DNA of 63,539 bases, filler included, from Reticulomyxa filosa (lineage: Eukaryota; Protista; Foraminifera): the NCBI GenBank assembly GCA_000512085.1. It is 14 parts of 14 records of this genome, joined end to end, with 100 filler letters (N's around TTAATTAATTAA, not from the genome) between each part and the next. Parts side by side here need not be neighbours in the genome. Positions count along the whole stretch, not along the records: positions 26,137 to 29,767 come from ASPP01021831.1; positions 29,868 to 37,405 come from ASPP01014214.1; positions 37,506 to 38,861 come from ASPP01006851.1; 11 more parts are not named here. The stretch is one strand, 5' to 3'. Of the stretch, positions 26,228 to 38,961 are shown piece after piece. The first letter of the stretch is position 1. The number at the start of each line of letters is the position of its first letter. The notes beneath the pieces were generated by a model. The model was given only the letters and a program-made list of their open reading frames with translations. It was not told the DNA's origin and made no database searches. A program made the position numbers and the translations under genes.

Positions 26228-26531
26228 CTTTATCAACAACGACAACAACGTCTGATGGATTTATACAAGAAATTGCAAATCTTTGAAACTTTGTTACCGA
26301 TATCCATGGAATTAGAGCCAGTTCAGAAACTATTTGTTCATGATCAAGAGTTGAAAACGTAAGTCTTGGAAGAAGAAAAACTTGAATTGTGTTTCTAAAA
26401 ATTGATTGATGATATGAATGATTTTTTTTTTAAGTTCCACTTTTCATCTCAAGAAAGAAGTTGTTTTAACAATAATGAAGAATTGTCGCTTTTTGTCGTT
26501 TTGTACATTGCAATTTCACATTTTTCATTAG
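26228..26531 (+). CDS. Possible 3' exons of an unknown gene
   Basis: CAG|LYQQRQQRLMDLYKKLQIFETLL...QELKT|GTAAGT, then an in-phase short terminal exon. No family recognised. Confidence 0.35.
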
Positions 26532-27249
26532 TAAAAAGCATAATGCTGCAGAATTTTCCTCAAATAAATCTAAAGTATTTGCAAAAGCACTTGAGCAATA
26601 AAGACAATAACAAAAAAATCTTTACTACAACTGAACACAAAAAAGAATTGTAAAAAATCAATCATTCAAAAAATTATTTGTGATCAGCCACTATTGCGAA
26701 AATGGATAGAATGCATAAGTCAAGTGGACAAATTAGCGTTCCAGAAAATATTTGTCAAAAATTTAAACAAAGTTGAGTTGTCGTGCGTCAAAAGCATACT
26801 AAGCTTGTGAAACTTGGCTTTACATATTTTCTTTTATCACGGACCTATTGTTGACAAACAAGTTCGGATTTTTTGAAAGTCAAGATGTTTAGCATCAAAT
26901 GTTTTTGTACAATGTGGAACGGACTTCTTCTTAACAATCGCGTAATTTAAAAATTTTTGTACATAATTAATAAATCCTTCTGTAAAACACAATCTCAAAA
27001 CGTTTAGACTCCATCTTTTACATTTACATGTTTTTGTCTATAACAAAAAAATCATTATTTTTGTTTGGTTTTTTGGTATGACCACAAATCAAATTTTTAA
27101 TACAGTTCTTAACAATCAAAAAGCTGTTTAGTCGAATGGCTCACTTCGATTCCTTCTTTTTCTCTCCCCCCTGTTTTACAAGCCTTGAATCCAATCTAAC
27201 CGGTATAGAAATCCATAGTTCCATCGAACATTAGCAAAATATTGGAAAA

Positions 27250-28268
27250 ATGTCGGGTAATGATACGGATTCGGAGCTTATAGATACCTTGAAACAACTG
27301 CAGCGCGAAGTGAAAAAACTAGAACGAAGCGAAGCTTCGTTTGGACAAAGTTCCGATACAATAACATTTCGTCGACGCATTGAGAAAGAGCTGAGCGAGG
27401 CAGAAGAGACATATAAAAAATTGGAGAAGATGTTAGTGTTTCGAAGACAGTCATCGCTGGGAATAAGTAATAACAGTAATCAATTTGAGAAAATTATAAA
27501 GCAATACGACGCGGAAAAAAAGAGATATGAAGAAGTGACAAGTAGTGTCCGAACAAAAATGAAACAATTTACACCTATTGATGACGGATCCAATGGAAAA
27601 GATGAGAACTATGGCAGAGATAGTACCAAAAAGGTGATCAACTTTAACATGGAACCACAACAGCAAGTGCAACAAGCCAACAGTTTCGTTGCCATTGTTG
27701 ATCACCTGGCCGAACAAGAGCAACGTACACAAAAAATGGAAGAAATGGTACAAGGTTTGTCTTACATTCCTTGCATTTACAAAATTTAACGATGCAAAAA
27801 GGCTTATTTATTACATATATTCACTTAAATTTTTTTTTTTTTTTTGTAAAACTTCCCCGTTCAATCTTTTTTTTATTAAAAAAAAATGGCAAGTGGAACT
27901 TGGTCAGTTCGAAAAGGGGGCATTTTTTGTGTGTATGTTGAAAAATAGGGGGGGGGTGGTACAAACATAGACATCACACAAATTTGTTTGAATGAATCAC
28001 TGCAACAGGTGTTCAAGAATTACATGAAGCCGTCAAAGACTTGAACGAATTGGTGGTAGAACAACAAGAAGACTTGGATAAGATTGAAAAAAATACTGGC
28101 GATACACGCGACCAAGTTGTAGAGGCTAGAGAGCAGTTGACTGCTGCTGAAAAATATCAAAAATTGGCTCGTGAAAAGCAATGTTATATATTGATATGCT
28201 GCTTAGTCATCATTGCTATCATCATTCTGAGCTCTTGCTTGCCCAAAGGAGGATTTTGTAATGCCTGA
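27250..28268 (+). CDS. Qa-SNARE syntaxin (Stx7/12/Pep12-like), 2 exons
   Basis: Helical N-terminal domain; spliced SNARE motif GVQELHEAVKDLNELVVEQQEDLDKIE; C-terminal TM segment CYILICCLVIIAIIIL. Confidence 0.9.
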
Positions 28269-29061
28269 TTATCTTCATATCCTAAAAGCTTGTGTAAATT
28301 TCTTACTTTGTGAATCAGACTTTTGGAAAACAACAATTTAACATTTTTTGCAAACAAAAATCTGAAATAAAATATTAATTGGTGGTTTATAAAGCGAACT
28401 TTTAATCATCTTGTAATCACAGTACATTCTGTCCATAGCGCAACCGTACAACATTTAAAAATGTTCAGTTTTATTCCAAAGGGTCAAGAAATGTTTCAAC
28501 TCATTCTCTCAAATAAACTTTTTCCAATTATCCAAGAAATGTTCATTTTGATCATAAACAGACATTTATAAATCTTTAAATTTGTTTATAAACCAGAAAA
28601 ATCTTGCAATCTATTCTCAGTTAACTAACAACCCATGACCAGCATTTAGTTTTGTTTGAATCTGTGAACTTTTTCATTGATAAAATAATTTCACTTATTT
28701 GCCAAAAATAAAAAAAAGTATATCACAATCAGACTTTTGTCACTTAATAATTGAAATAATTTTAAATTAACAAAAGAAAAAGAAATTAATAAAATTATCT
28801 AAGATATTGTTTCATTCTACTAACAAAAAACACCCGAAATTTGTGATTTTGATTTAAAAGTATATATTGATTCAAGTACAAGTTTTATGATACTTAAATT
28901 TTATTTGCGGCCAACATATTATAAATTGTTATGATGTAATGAACGAAAATGACCTCATAAGTTTTTTTGTTTTTTTGTGTTTCGTTGTTGCCCGTTGAGA
29001 AAAGTAAAAAAGTCTTTGTCGTTTATCTTCAGCAAATAAAACGTGTTAAAAAATAGCAAAC

Positions 29062-29669
29062 ATGTCTTCTGATTTGCTTCAACAATTTTCGAAAATGTCT
29101 GTCCGTGAAGATGGAAAAATCAATCGTCATCACTTTCTTGTCTCAGGAAACAAGTTTGAAGTTGATACCCACTATGTGCCCCACAAAGCAGTAGGAAGTG
29201 GCGCATACGGAGTGGTTTGGTAAGTGAAAAACGTTGCCCAGATTTTGTTTTTATGTGGTTTTTTTTGTGAATTGAAACAAAATAAAAAAAAATGTGGATG
29301 ATTGATATAGCTCCGCCGTGGATACCAATACAAACCGCAAAGTAGCAATCAAAAAATGCACCAAAGCGTTTGAGGACGTAGTTGACGGAAAACGAATTTT
29401 GCGTGAAATTAAGTTGCTGCAGCTTTTCAACCATGAAAATGTAAATGAGAAAATATCTTATTTTGAACGTGTAAAATAAAAGATATTAAAATTGAAAACA
29501 AACAAATAAAAAAAAGATAATTGGGCTGGTGGACATGGTCCCACCCCGTTCGATAGACGATTTCGATGATGTATACATTGTACTGTCTTACATGGAATCT
29601 GACTTGCACAAAATCATTTATTCAAAGAATACATTGACCAATGAACACTATCAATATTTCATTTATCAG
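29062..29669 (+). CDS. Mitogen-activated protein kinase (ERK-like), first three exons, 3'-truncated
   Basis: VGSGAYGVVCSA, VAIKK, KRILREIKLL, DVYIVLSYMESDLHKII...HYQYFIYQ, joined by canonical GT-AG introns. Confidence 0.93.
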
Positions 29670-30002
29670 GTCTGTTATTTGAGAGGACGGAATGTTATAT
29701 GTGCACTATTTTGCTATCAATGATTTTCTTGTCTGTTGTAATTTCCAATGGGGTGGGGGGGGGGGGGNNNNNNNNNNNNNNNNNNNNNNNNNNNNNNNNN
29801 NNNNNNNNNNNTTAATTAATTAANNNNNNNNNNNNNNNNNNNNNNNNNNNNNNNNNNNNNNNNNNNNAAATTATGAAAAGTTTTTTTTTATAAATTTGAT
29901 TGTAAATTTTTACGTCAGTTCATTTTAAGGGATTTTTTTTTTGTATGTTAATAAAAGGTCATGTCAATTAATTACTTTTAAATTATTATATTCATTATGA
30001 TA

Positions 30003-30979
30003 TTAAAGAATTGTTACTGATAAACGAAAATTACGCCATGCGTCATCTTGATTTCCATTTTGTGCATTTTGTGCAGAAATGCTTGCAAAACTAGTTGCAT
30101 TCATCCTTTCACCACCCGGACTGAAAAAATTAGGGTCAATACAAAAACATTCGATAGTGAGTTCCTCAATCCTTTTGGGCGGTACTGTAAACTTTTGACC
30201 TTTGCAACGAAACGTTTGTGACTGTTTACCTGCAGTTAGAGCTTTTTGCAATTCTGAAGTTGGCTTTGGTGGCATGACGGCCAAGTTTTGAACACGAATA
30301 GCTGGCCATCAACCAGTGTAAATGATATTTCTTGGTCAGGCGTGTTTTCTACTTCCAGTTTCAAGTAATAACTACCTGTGTGTACTGTTACATTTTTAAT
30401 CACCAAGATGTCATCTCGGACGTAACGTACTAAATTAGTCGAATACTCCGGATCGTCCAATGATGTTGGTTGTATCACACGAAATCCTAATTCTTCTGGC
30501 GACGCCATTCGCTTGTTGCCATTGTTTTTCGCGTTTTTAATTGAGAGTAACCACCACCCCCATTAATCATACGCACACACTACTTCTTCAATTATACGTC
30601 ACTCTTTTTTTTTGTTTGTACGTACATAGTCTTGGTTTAAGGCTCAAGTGATCAAAAAAAAAATTTCTATACATTGCAGCCATTAATACGACATGATCTT
30701 TTTTCTTTTTTTGCGTTATCAATTCATCAATTTTTACTTGGCTGAAGTCTTTTGGCGGATAGCAATGTTTGATTACGTATTGCTTGATGTATTCCTTCAC
30801 TTTTGCTTGCTTTTTTTCTTCACTATGCTCTTCTTTTTTATTGTCACTTCTTTTAACACAAAACTACCAAAGATTCCGTTAAAATGTGAACGACGATACT
30901 GAAAATCACTTTTAGACGGAAAACTACCAAAGACTCCGTTAAAATGTGAAGGGCGATACTGAAAATCATCGTTAGACAT
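30003..30979 (-). CDS. Hypothetical protein with a duplicated 20-aa N-terminal motif; two apparent frameshifts
   Basis: ORFs 30797-30979, 30588-30800, 30236-30508 and 30003-30284 are collinear. Frames change at an A7 run (~30812) and near 30293 (GQLF..VQNLAV). Confidence 0.55.
30861..30977 (+). repeat. 60-bp tandem duplication
   Basis: AAACTACCAAAGA(T/C)TCCGTTAAAATGTGAA...CGATACTGAAAATCA occurs at 30861 and 30921. Confidence 0.9.
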
Positions 30980-31370
30980 TTTAGGAGATGATAGTTTATA
31001 CTGTTATTAAAAGAAAAAAAGTATAGAACACAGCGCAGAAAAAATTTACAACAAAAAAAGCTCCGGTTAAACTTCTTGACTGAGAAAAAGACCCTGAAGC
31101 ATTTAAAGTTTGAGAATAACGTTCGCTTTCAATGGTATTCATTACAAAACAGAGAAGAGATACATTTCAATAATACATCAGAAGTGTTTGTAGTCAAACA
31201 AAATCTTGGCCACAAGAGCTATTTTTTATAGCAAGAACAAGACAAAAATTGGTGTTTCGTTTAGCGTAGAAAAAAGGAAGGGTAAAAACCGAGATAAACA
31301 AAAACTTATCCTTTTTTTCTACATTAATAAATAATCAAACACTACATCAAATCTTTGAAATTCAATATAA

Positions 31371-33719
31371 ATGTCGTTCTTGGAAGCTTTTGTAGCGGTT
31401 GAGTCAAAGAAATATCGACTTGAGCTGGCTTCATCGAAAATTGAACATTTGAAACAGCAAATAATCGAAGTGAGTCAAAATGACCAAAAAGGGAACATTT
31501 TGACGAGAATTACTACGTGTGATGGTTATGCAATTGAAACAGACGAACATCTTCAAAAAGCGTTGGAATGGGGTCAAATTGGTTTCAGTGCTTATTTCGA
31601 GCCAAGTATATATACGTATAAATATAAACATATGTTTTGTGTGACATAATTTTTCAAAGAACAGCAAAAATATAAGACAATGAAATAAAAGCGCTCTCAG
31701 ACACGAAAGAAGACGAAGAAAAAAAAGCAAAGCAAAAAGAAATGGAGCCAGAAAACGAATTAAAAAATCCATTGGTGTTACTAACAGGGGCAATGCAATA
31801 CGAACAACAGCCATATTTGGGTGGTGTAAAACAAGACCTGCAATTGTTGCAGACTCTGTTTCAATCGAAATTTGGCTATCAAGTGTTCAGTACTTATGAC
31901 GCACAAAACCCGAGCACGGAGTCTCTCACGCTGAAAGAGCTGAACGACTTTGTACTCGGACACTGTGCAAAGTTGGCAGAGACTTGCAACAATATTGACA
32001 ACAAAGCAGCAGCGTATGACGGACTGATATTTGTGTGGTGTGGATATGGAAGCTTGAAAAAAGATGGAGCCACGTTGCTCACAAGCGATCATACGTACAA
32101 AAATTGCAAAGAATTGCAAGACGAAATTATCCACAAAACTGCAGAGTATTTTGTTATGAAGCCTAAGATATTTATAATAATTGGATGCACTGGACGAGAT
32201 ACATTCTCTCTGAGCAAGATCAAAGAGTCTTGTAATAATGCTGAGCAGACAGCATTGGTTTGTAATCAAGATGCAAATGTGTTGAATATTATTGTAAATG
32301 TGATACATGAGACAGGGGCGGATGATGTGGGAGATGAGTTGATCGGAGGGAAGACAGCCAGTTATTTTACCAAGGTCTTTTGTCGAATGTTACAAGCAGA
32401 TTGTAAGAATGGTATACGTGGTGTCATAGAACAAGTGATGGGGACTGTTCATGATCAACTCTTGAATGGCGAATTTGTGCAATCTGTGTCGACTTGCTTT
32501 TCGGATGTTCATCTGGTACCGAGATCAGTGGGTGATGAGATGAAAACTGAAGTGGCTCCATTGGAGAATCGGGCTCTGGGAATTTTTGGATTTTAAGAGA
32601 CATTGGACTCGACTTTGGAGGAAGGCAAATATGGAGGCAGCCACTATGGTTGAACAGATGATGAGCAAGGGCAAGCAAGGACTGGTGGTGATTTTGTATA
32701 AACCATATCGATTGAGACGCACAGACAATTCCAAGTGCTTGGACAATATACATAGCAAGGGTAGCTTTTGCCCATTCCAAACTTGGCTTGACAATTGCAA
32801 GATTGACAAAAAACAATTTGGGGAATATTGGGTGTATGAAATTGCCACAGATAAGGTGATGTTGGAAGATGTAAACATTGATGGAAATGTGTATGCTGTC
32901 GATTGTAAAATTCAATGCAAAGGCAGTGTCAACATTTCAACACAACTTTTTGTTACAAAAAATGCAACTGTTGATCCGCAATTGGGACGAGTGCTCTCAC
33001 CAATTGAGTGGAACACCAAAATACACTATGAGGTCCCATTGCAGCTGCAACAGTTTGAACACGAAAAAGAGATCACCTCAAAAAAACGCCTATTTTCGAA
33101 AAGTCTTGTCTTTTTGCAACATTATTTGCAGTTTGCTATTGAATTGTTTGGCCTGGATAATCCTTATGTTGCCATTGGCTATAATATGATTGGAAATATA
33201 TACTCGGACAAAGGGGACTATGATCGGGCTGTTGAATTCCATGAAAAAGCTTTGAAGGTAATGTTGGATATTTTTGGAGTCAATTATCCCATCGTCGCTC
33301 AGCTTTATCACAATTTAGCAAAGGCAAGCAAAAATAATGGACACAACGACAAATCGATTGCGTACTATGAAAAGTCATTGCAAATCAGATTGAGTATTTT
33401 TGGAGCCAGACATTCTGATGTGGCTCAATTGTACAACAATTTAGGGAATATCTATAAAAATAAAGGTGATGATTTTAAAGCTATCGAATATCATAAACTC
33501 GCTTTGAAGATTCGAACTGAGATATTTGGAAATGCAAATCAAGATACTGGAGATTCGTATTGGAATTTGGGATTAGTGTTTGAACAAAAACAAGAAATAA
33601 AAATATCACTGGAATATTACGAAGATGCATGGAAGGCGTACAGTACGCCTTTAGGAGAGTGGCATACAGAGACATTGCAAGCAAAAGAAAAAGTAAAACG
33701 ATTGAGCGGTATGCTTTGA
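31371..33719 (+). CDS. PB1/ubiquitin-like + caspase-like (peptidase C14 fold) + TPR-repeat protein; 1 intron, frameshift at ~32576-32590
   Basis: NPLVLLTGAMQY...DLQLLQTLF, YDGLIFVWCGYG and KPKIFIIIGCTG follow the caspase strand order. KLC-type TPRs follow (VAQLYNNLGNIYKNKGD...AIEYHKLALKIRTEIFG). Confidence 0.8.
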
Positions 33720-35559
33720 CGAAGCTTTTGTTTGATTGAAATTCTGGTGAGTCGAAGCATCCTATTTTTTGTCTTGTTTTTGTTTAAACTTTGTTAACGT
33801 TTTTTTTTATTTGTTTTTGCTGATATCGAATTTGTTCCATCACAAGCTGTTGATATTGTTGTGAAAAAAAAAACAAAATGCAAACGGAAGCTATTTGTAT
33901 TATTTAAATGTTTGAATATGCGTTTTCAATTTTGTTTTGTTCATTTTTTCATTAAAAACAAAGCGAATACAGTAAAATGCAAAAGAAAGTTGACACATAA
34001 AACTGCACATTATATAGATAACAGATTTTCTCAACGAAGAAACAATATTTAGACTTGATTTTTGAAATATATACGATTATGTAGTTTTAAAACGTATGTA
34101 ATCTTTTCGAATATGTTGATTTTGTTTTCATTGTTAATGGACTTCGTTTTTGGACAACTTCGTATGTATGGACAAATATTTGCTTTATTTACGATTAGTT
34201 TATATCATATTTATAACAGCACTTTTTCTACAACACTGAATGAATGTTGAAGTCTATTTTTGTTTTCAAAACTTATTGTTTTAAATCGTAAATTGATTGT
34301 TATCTTTGTGCTTATTATCATAATTATTTAATTGATTTTTCAAAATTTTTTAAAATTATATGCGTTTTTGTCTTTAATATTTGTTTTGTTCAGAATCTTA
34401 ATTTGATATTGGTCAGTAATAAAAATTTATTGATATATTAATTCATATTGACTTGTCATTGTAATCATGTTTGTAGTGATATTGTATAAAGAATAATTGT
34501 CAATATGAATTTTTGTGATTTCGTGTATTTTCTTAACATATTGTAGATAACAATACTAAAATGTTTACAATTAGCAAGGCTCTTGATACAGACAAGATGA
34601 CGCGATAATCAGTTTGTACTTGGTCGTAATAGAAGATGGATAATCAAATGTAAATACTAACACAAATTGTTTTTTTCAAGTTTCGTGAATTAGTAGCGAT
34701 TTAACAATAATACATTACTTACCAAAAATCGTGGTTCTAAAGCTTATTGTTCTCAAGCGAACAATGAACATAGTTACAATCACAAATTACAATTAATGAA
34801 TAATATTGTACCAGTATTGTTGATAAATGGCAGCCAGCAAGTTCAAAACAGAGTTCTATTTAAAACTGCAGTCGTTGATCGCGACATCAAGCAGTTATCG
34901 AACATATTTTCCAAGTGCAAGCAATATTTCAACTAAGATCAAGCAAGCGAAATATTGTTTATAGTCGTTTTGACATGATATTGATTAACAAAAATCTTTT
35001 AACATTTGAATGTGAAATAAATTGAAAATTATTAAGTTTTGCGAAATTACTTGTGTCGATTATCACATCTACAGATAACGTATTTTTGCATGATGTTGAT
35101 ACTGTATGATAAGTCAATATTATACAATATCAAATACTAAGTGAACGGTGGGACCACTCGTGGGTTAAAACAATATTCACAAACAACTCACTTTTGTGTT
35201 TTCCTTTATTGTGTTGAAATTATTTTTGTTAATTTAATTTCCTTTTACTGAAGTTGCTTTTTGAACTAAACTCCTTTCGTATTACACTTAGTCGTCTCAA
35301 TATTCATACAATAATGTCTTTCTAAAATCAAACATTTGCTTTGCAAGAAGTTGCATTTAGTGGATTTGAACTCGAATTGTCCTTTGTAATTGTTAATTAT
35401 ATCTTTCTGTGATCAAAGGTTAAACTCCAGAAAAGAAAATCATATTGGCGATTTCGGTCTAAGTGGTGCATTCATAGTATCGTCACACTTATGAAGACAA
35501 AGTTTAAATGATTAATTTATTGCAAGCTTGACTTGCTAAAATTGATCTGCACCAGCTGG

Positions 35560-36480
35560 TCATACATGTCATCATCTCAAACTAGCAATTCATTCGCAAA
35601 TATGTCAAAGTCATAACATAAAGTGACCTTCAAACGCTGTCACATAGTCAGTGTATGTGGAACAGCATAGTCAATATACGCACACATATTGCAAATTGTG
35701 CAAATATTTACCTCATGCATTTGCCAAAGATTACACAATTGTACACTTGCTTCTACGTACAATCAACAAATCCGACACTTTCAATGTCACGACTTTGCCG
35801 AACAACACATGTTCAAGCTTGACTGCTAATTCCACGCCGATCACTTTGGGTGCATTCACCTCATACAGCAGACACACCACTAAATCCAATGCATCATCTC
35901 CTCACACGCAAGCACTACACATTCACAATCCTCATACGTTGGGCATGTGCTATCTGTGACAATAATCAAACCTCCTGAAAATGTGTGGCTATCCAAATGA
36001 TGATTTTATGATCCCGCTTACTGACTTCCAGAAACACATATAGTATTTGCTCGCTGTCGCCAAATAGTGTGCACTTCTGCATTGTCTTTCCATTCTGCTT
36101 CTAGGTCCGCTTTCGCTCCTTTGTGCACTTGGATCAGGTGATCGCAGCAGATTGTCGTTGGCACTGCTGTTGTCGGCAGACCGCTTGAATAATGCCATTT
36201 GCGATGTTGCGTCTTGCATTGTCACTCTGTCTGGTCGCAACTTCAAACGACTCTTGCATCGCACTATGTCGCCAGCCACTGATGGATCGTCCAAATGAAT
36301 GTACAAAATTTTCTATGCCAATAGTAATGATCAGCGTAAAGCTTTCTTCACTACATGTAAATTTGACAACAATTTCACATACGGTATGTTGACTTATCGC
36401 GCTCCGCTTTCATGGCGAACATATCTTCGCTTCAGAAGATAAATTCGAAGCAATAGTCTTGACATGATTGGACCAAAACA
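35560..36480 (-). mobile_element. Possible decayed non-LTR retrotransposon C-terminal fragment
   Basis: GC-richer patch with interrupted frames; RCKSRLKL...HYLAT resembles a LINE C-terminal zinc-knuckle region. Weak. Confidence 0.25.
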
Positions 36481-36903
36481 GAACTAGTTTTTTTGCTTTT
36501 ACGACGCACTCGTAAACAGTGGGTGCCAAAAGTAGAAAGTAGTCCGCTGGGAAAATAAAGAATGTAATACAGAAAATAATTGTAATGTTGACAGAAAACG
36601 CGAATACAACTCCAGAGTCAACTAGGACTCTACTGATGGTTTATACTACACTATCTTAAAGAACATAAAAGATATCTTTAATTAAAGCGGCAAATAAAAA
36701 AAGAAAAGCAAATAAAATATAAAATGAAAGAAAGCAGTTTAAATATTCTTAAAAAATTAGGTTTAAATGTATTGATAAAATCAATAATCTCTAGATTTGC
36801 AACTTTCTTTTGTTCTACTGCACATTTCAAGCAAAGTTTTAAAGGAAAGGAAGCGGAGATTCAAGTTGAAAATTTTATTTAAGATATTGAACCAACATTT
36901 ATC

Positions 36904-37405
36904 ATGTCCGGAGGAGGTTCAGAAATATTTTCGTTTTATTTGTTTTTTCCCTTTTAATACTTGATGATTGGACTGTGTGAACTGAATAGAAGGGTATGAA
37001 GCGTTTGAAAAGCAATCAATATGTTTTTGTTACTTTTATTTTGGAAAAAAACGATTGTAAGAGGTGCGATAATGGTTGTGCAAAGTAAATCACATAACAA
37101 TAAACTTGTAGGTGGTCATTTGATTCGTCTGGGACTGGGGGTAAAAAAAAAAAAAAAAAAAAAAAGCAGAACAAAAATGAATAAGCAAAAGTGCAACAAA
37201 ACATAACACAAACATCACAGCGGTGGCGGTACTTGGGACTTTTCAGGAAGGTACAGTCTTATGTGTCAATGTACACCAATTTGTGAAGCACACACACACA
37301 TGTACATGTACATGTACATCATAATACGTATACGTATATCAGCAGTGGCAATAGCAGTAGCAGTGGCAGTGGCAGTGGTGGCGGCGGTGGCGGTTCTAGT
37401 AGCAA
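36904..37405 (+). CDS. Possible 5' micro-exons of a Gly/Ser-rich protein (WSFDSSGTG, GGGTWDFSG, SGNSSSGSGSGGGGGGSS), truncated
   Basis: GC-rich ~30-nt blocks flanked by AG/GT within AT-rich DNA. The phases do not reconcile perfectly. Confidence 0.4.
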
Positions 37406-37570
37406 NNNNNNNNNNNNNNNNNNNNNNNNNNNNNNNNNNNNNNNNNNNNTTAATTAATTAANNNNNNNNNNNNNNNNNNNNNNNNNNNNNNNNNNNNNNN
37501 NNNNNAAAAAAAAAAAAAAACATACCATTTACTTATACATTTGTGATATATGTCTTGCGGTTATTGTACA

Positions 37571-38758
37571 GGTGAATACGAGGGGGGTGAAAAGAGTATG
37601 CAAGAGCAACAGATATTGTCTCAGTCGAAAATATCGTCGAATCAAGGAACGTACCCTGGCCAAGGGCGAATGCGAGAGAATGTTAATTTGACGAGCAGTG
37701 GATATGGTGGTAATGGGCCGATTATGTCTCCTTCGCACATGTATGGAAAGCAGCCCTTGCAACAAATACCCACTCCGTTGCATCCACGCGCGACTATGCA
37801 ATCGCATTACAACAACCCCCAGCAGCAAATGATGAGGCCCCCTGGATATGAAAAAACCAAGCCTTATGAACCTTACAGGTATTTGCTTTTAACAAACAAA
37901 CAAACAAAAAACATATATCAATATATGCATATATATATATTGATATATGTTTTTTTTTTTTTTAAACTTATTTATTAAAAAAAAATTGAACAATCGCAAT
38001 ATATACTTATAAGTGTATATAAATATATATGTGGATATGTAAATGATGAAAAAAAAAAAAAAAGCGATGAAAGCCAAAATGCTTTCACAACACAAGCGCA
38101 AATGCAACAAGCGATGAAAGATAACATGGACATGCGACAGTATGAGTATTGGCGAGCTCAAAACCGTGGGAATGACACGCTTGTGGGAGTACCATCGCCC
38201 CCCAACACGAATAACGCGTATGTTGGTGGAGTGTCTCCGGATCCCTCCACGCTGCACATGAACCCGGGCACTTTGCATCACGGACTGAGTCCTTCGGCCG
38301 CCGACGGCTTGAGTGCAATGCCGCAGAGTGGACACAAATCAGTTGCGCGAAATTTCGGGGCGCCAAAGCCGGAAGATATCGATCCCGAGTTTACGAATTC
38401 GCCGGAATATGTCCGCTACCAACGCTGGGAGTTACTGGAATCCGCCAAACGATGGCTGCCCGGGGAAGGTACCATTATCACGTGGAAAGGCTTTTGTTAT
38501 GTCATCGGCGCGCCCATTCACATGGGTATGAATGGGCATATCCATCTCTGCTATCGTTACAAGTTGCCCGAACGTGAAAAAGTGTCGCTAGAAGGAGAAC
38601 CCAATGTTTCCACAGATGGTACCAATACGAATAGCGATAACAAGTCCAATCACCCCTTGAATAAATTCACAAAGAAAGATGTGGCAACTGTTGCCGCTAA
38701 AATTGTCCCTAACACTTCTGCCTTTGCTCGAGAAATTGTCATACTCAGAGATTTGCAA
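37571..38758 (+). CDS. Protein kinase fragment: Q/P-rich N-terminus plus subdomains I-III, truncated on both sides
   Basis: YVIGAPIHMGMNGHIHLC (Gly-loop position), VAAKIV (VAIK) and FAREIVIL (alphaC Glu). Confidence 0.7.
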
Positions 38759-38961
38759 GTTATTATTTTTTTCTTTTTGAAGTGGTTTTTATTCTATTAT
38801 TGTATAAATGTACGTACGTATGCAATTCATCTTTTTTTTTTTATTAAAAAAAAAAAAAAGGNNNNNNNNNNNNNNNNNNNNNNNNNNNNNNNNNNNNNNN
38901 NNNNNTTAATTAATTAANNNNNNNNNNNNNNNNNNNNNNNNNNNNNNNNNNNNNNNNNNNN

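Noticed and set aside
35137-35168. TTAA-CCC end on the minus strand resembling a piggyBac terminus
   Set aside because: No matching second terminus or transposase was found in the contig.
35350-35380. B-box/T-loop-like GAGTTCAAATCC on the minus strand
   Set aside because: No cloverleaf or A-box could be built, so it is not called a tRNA.
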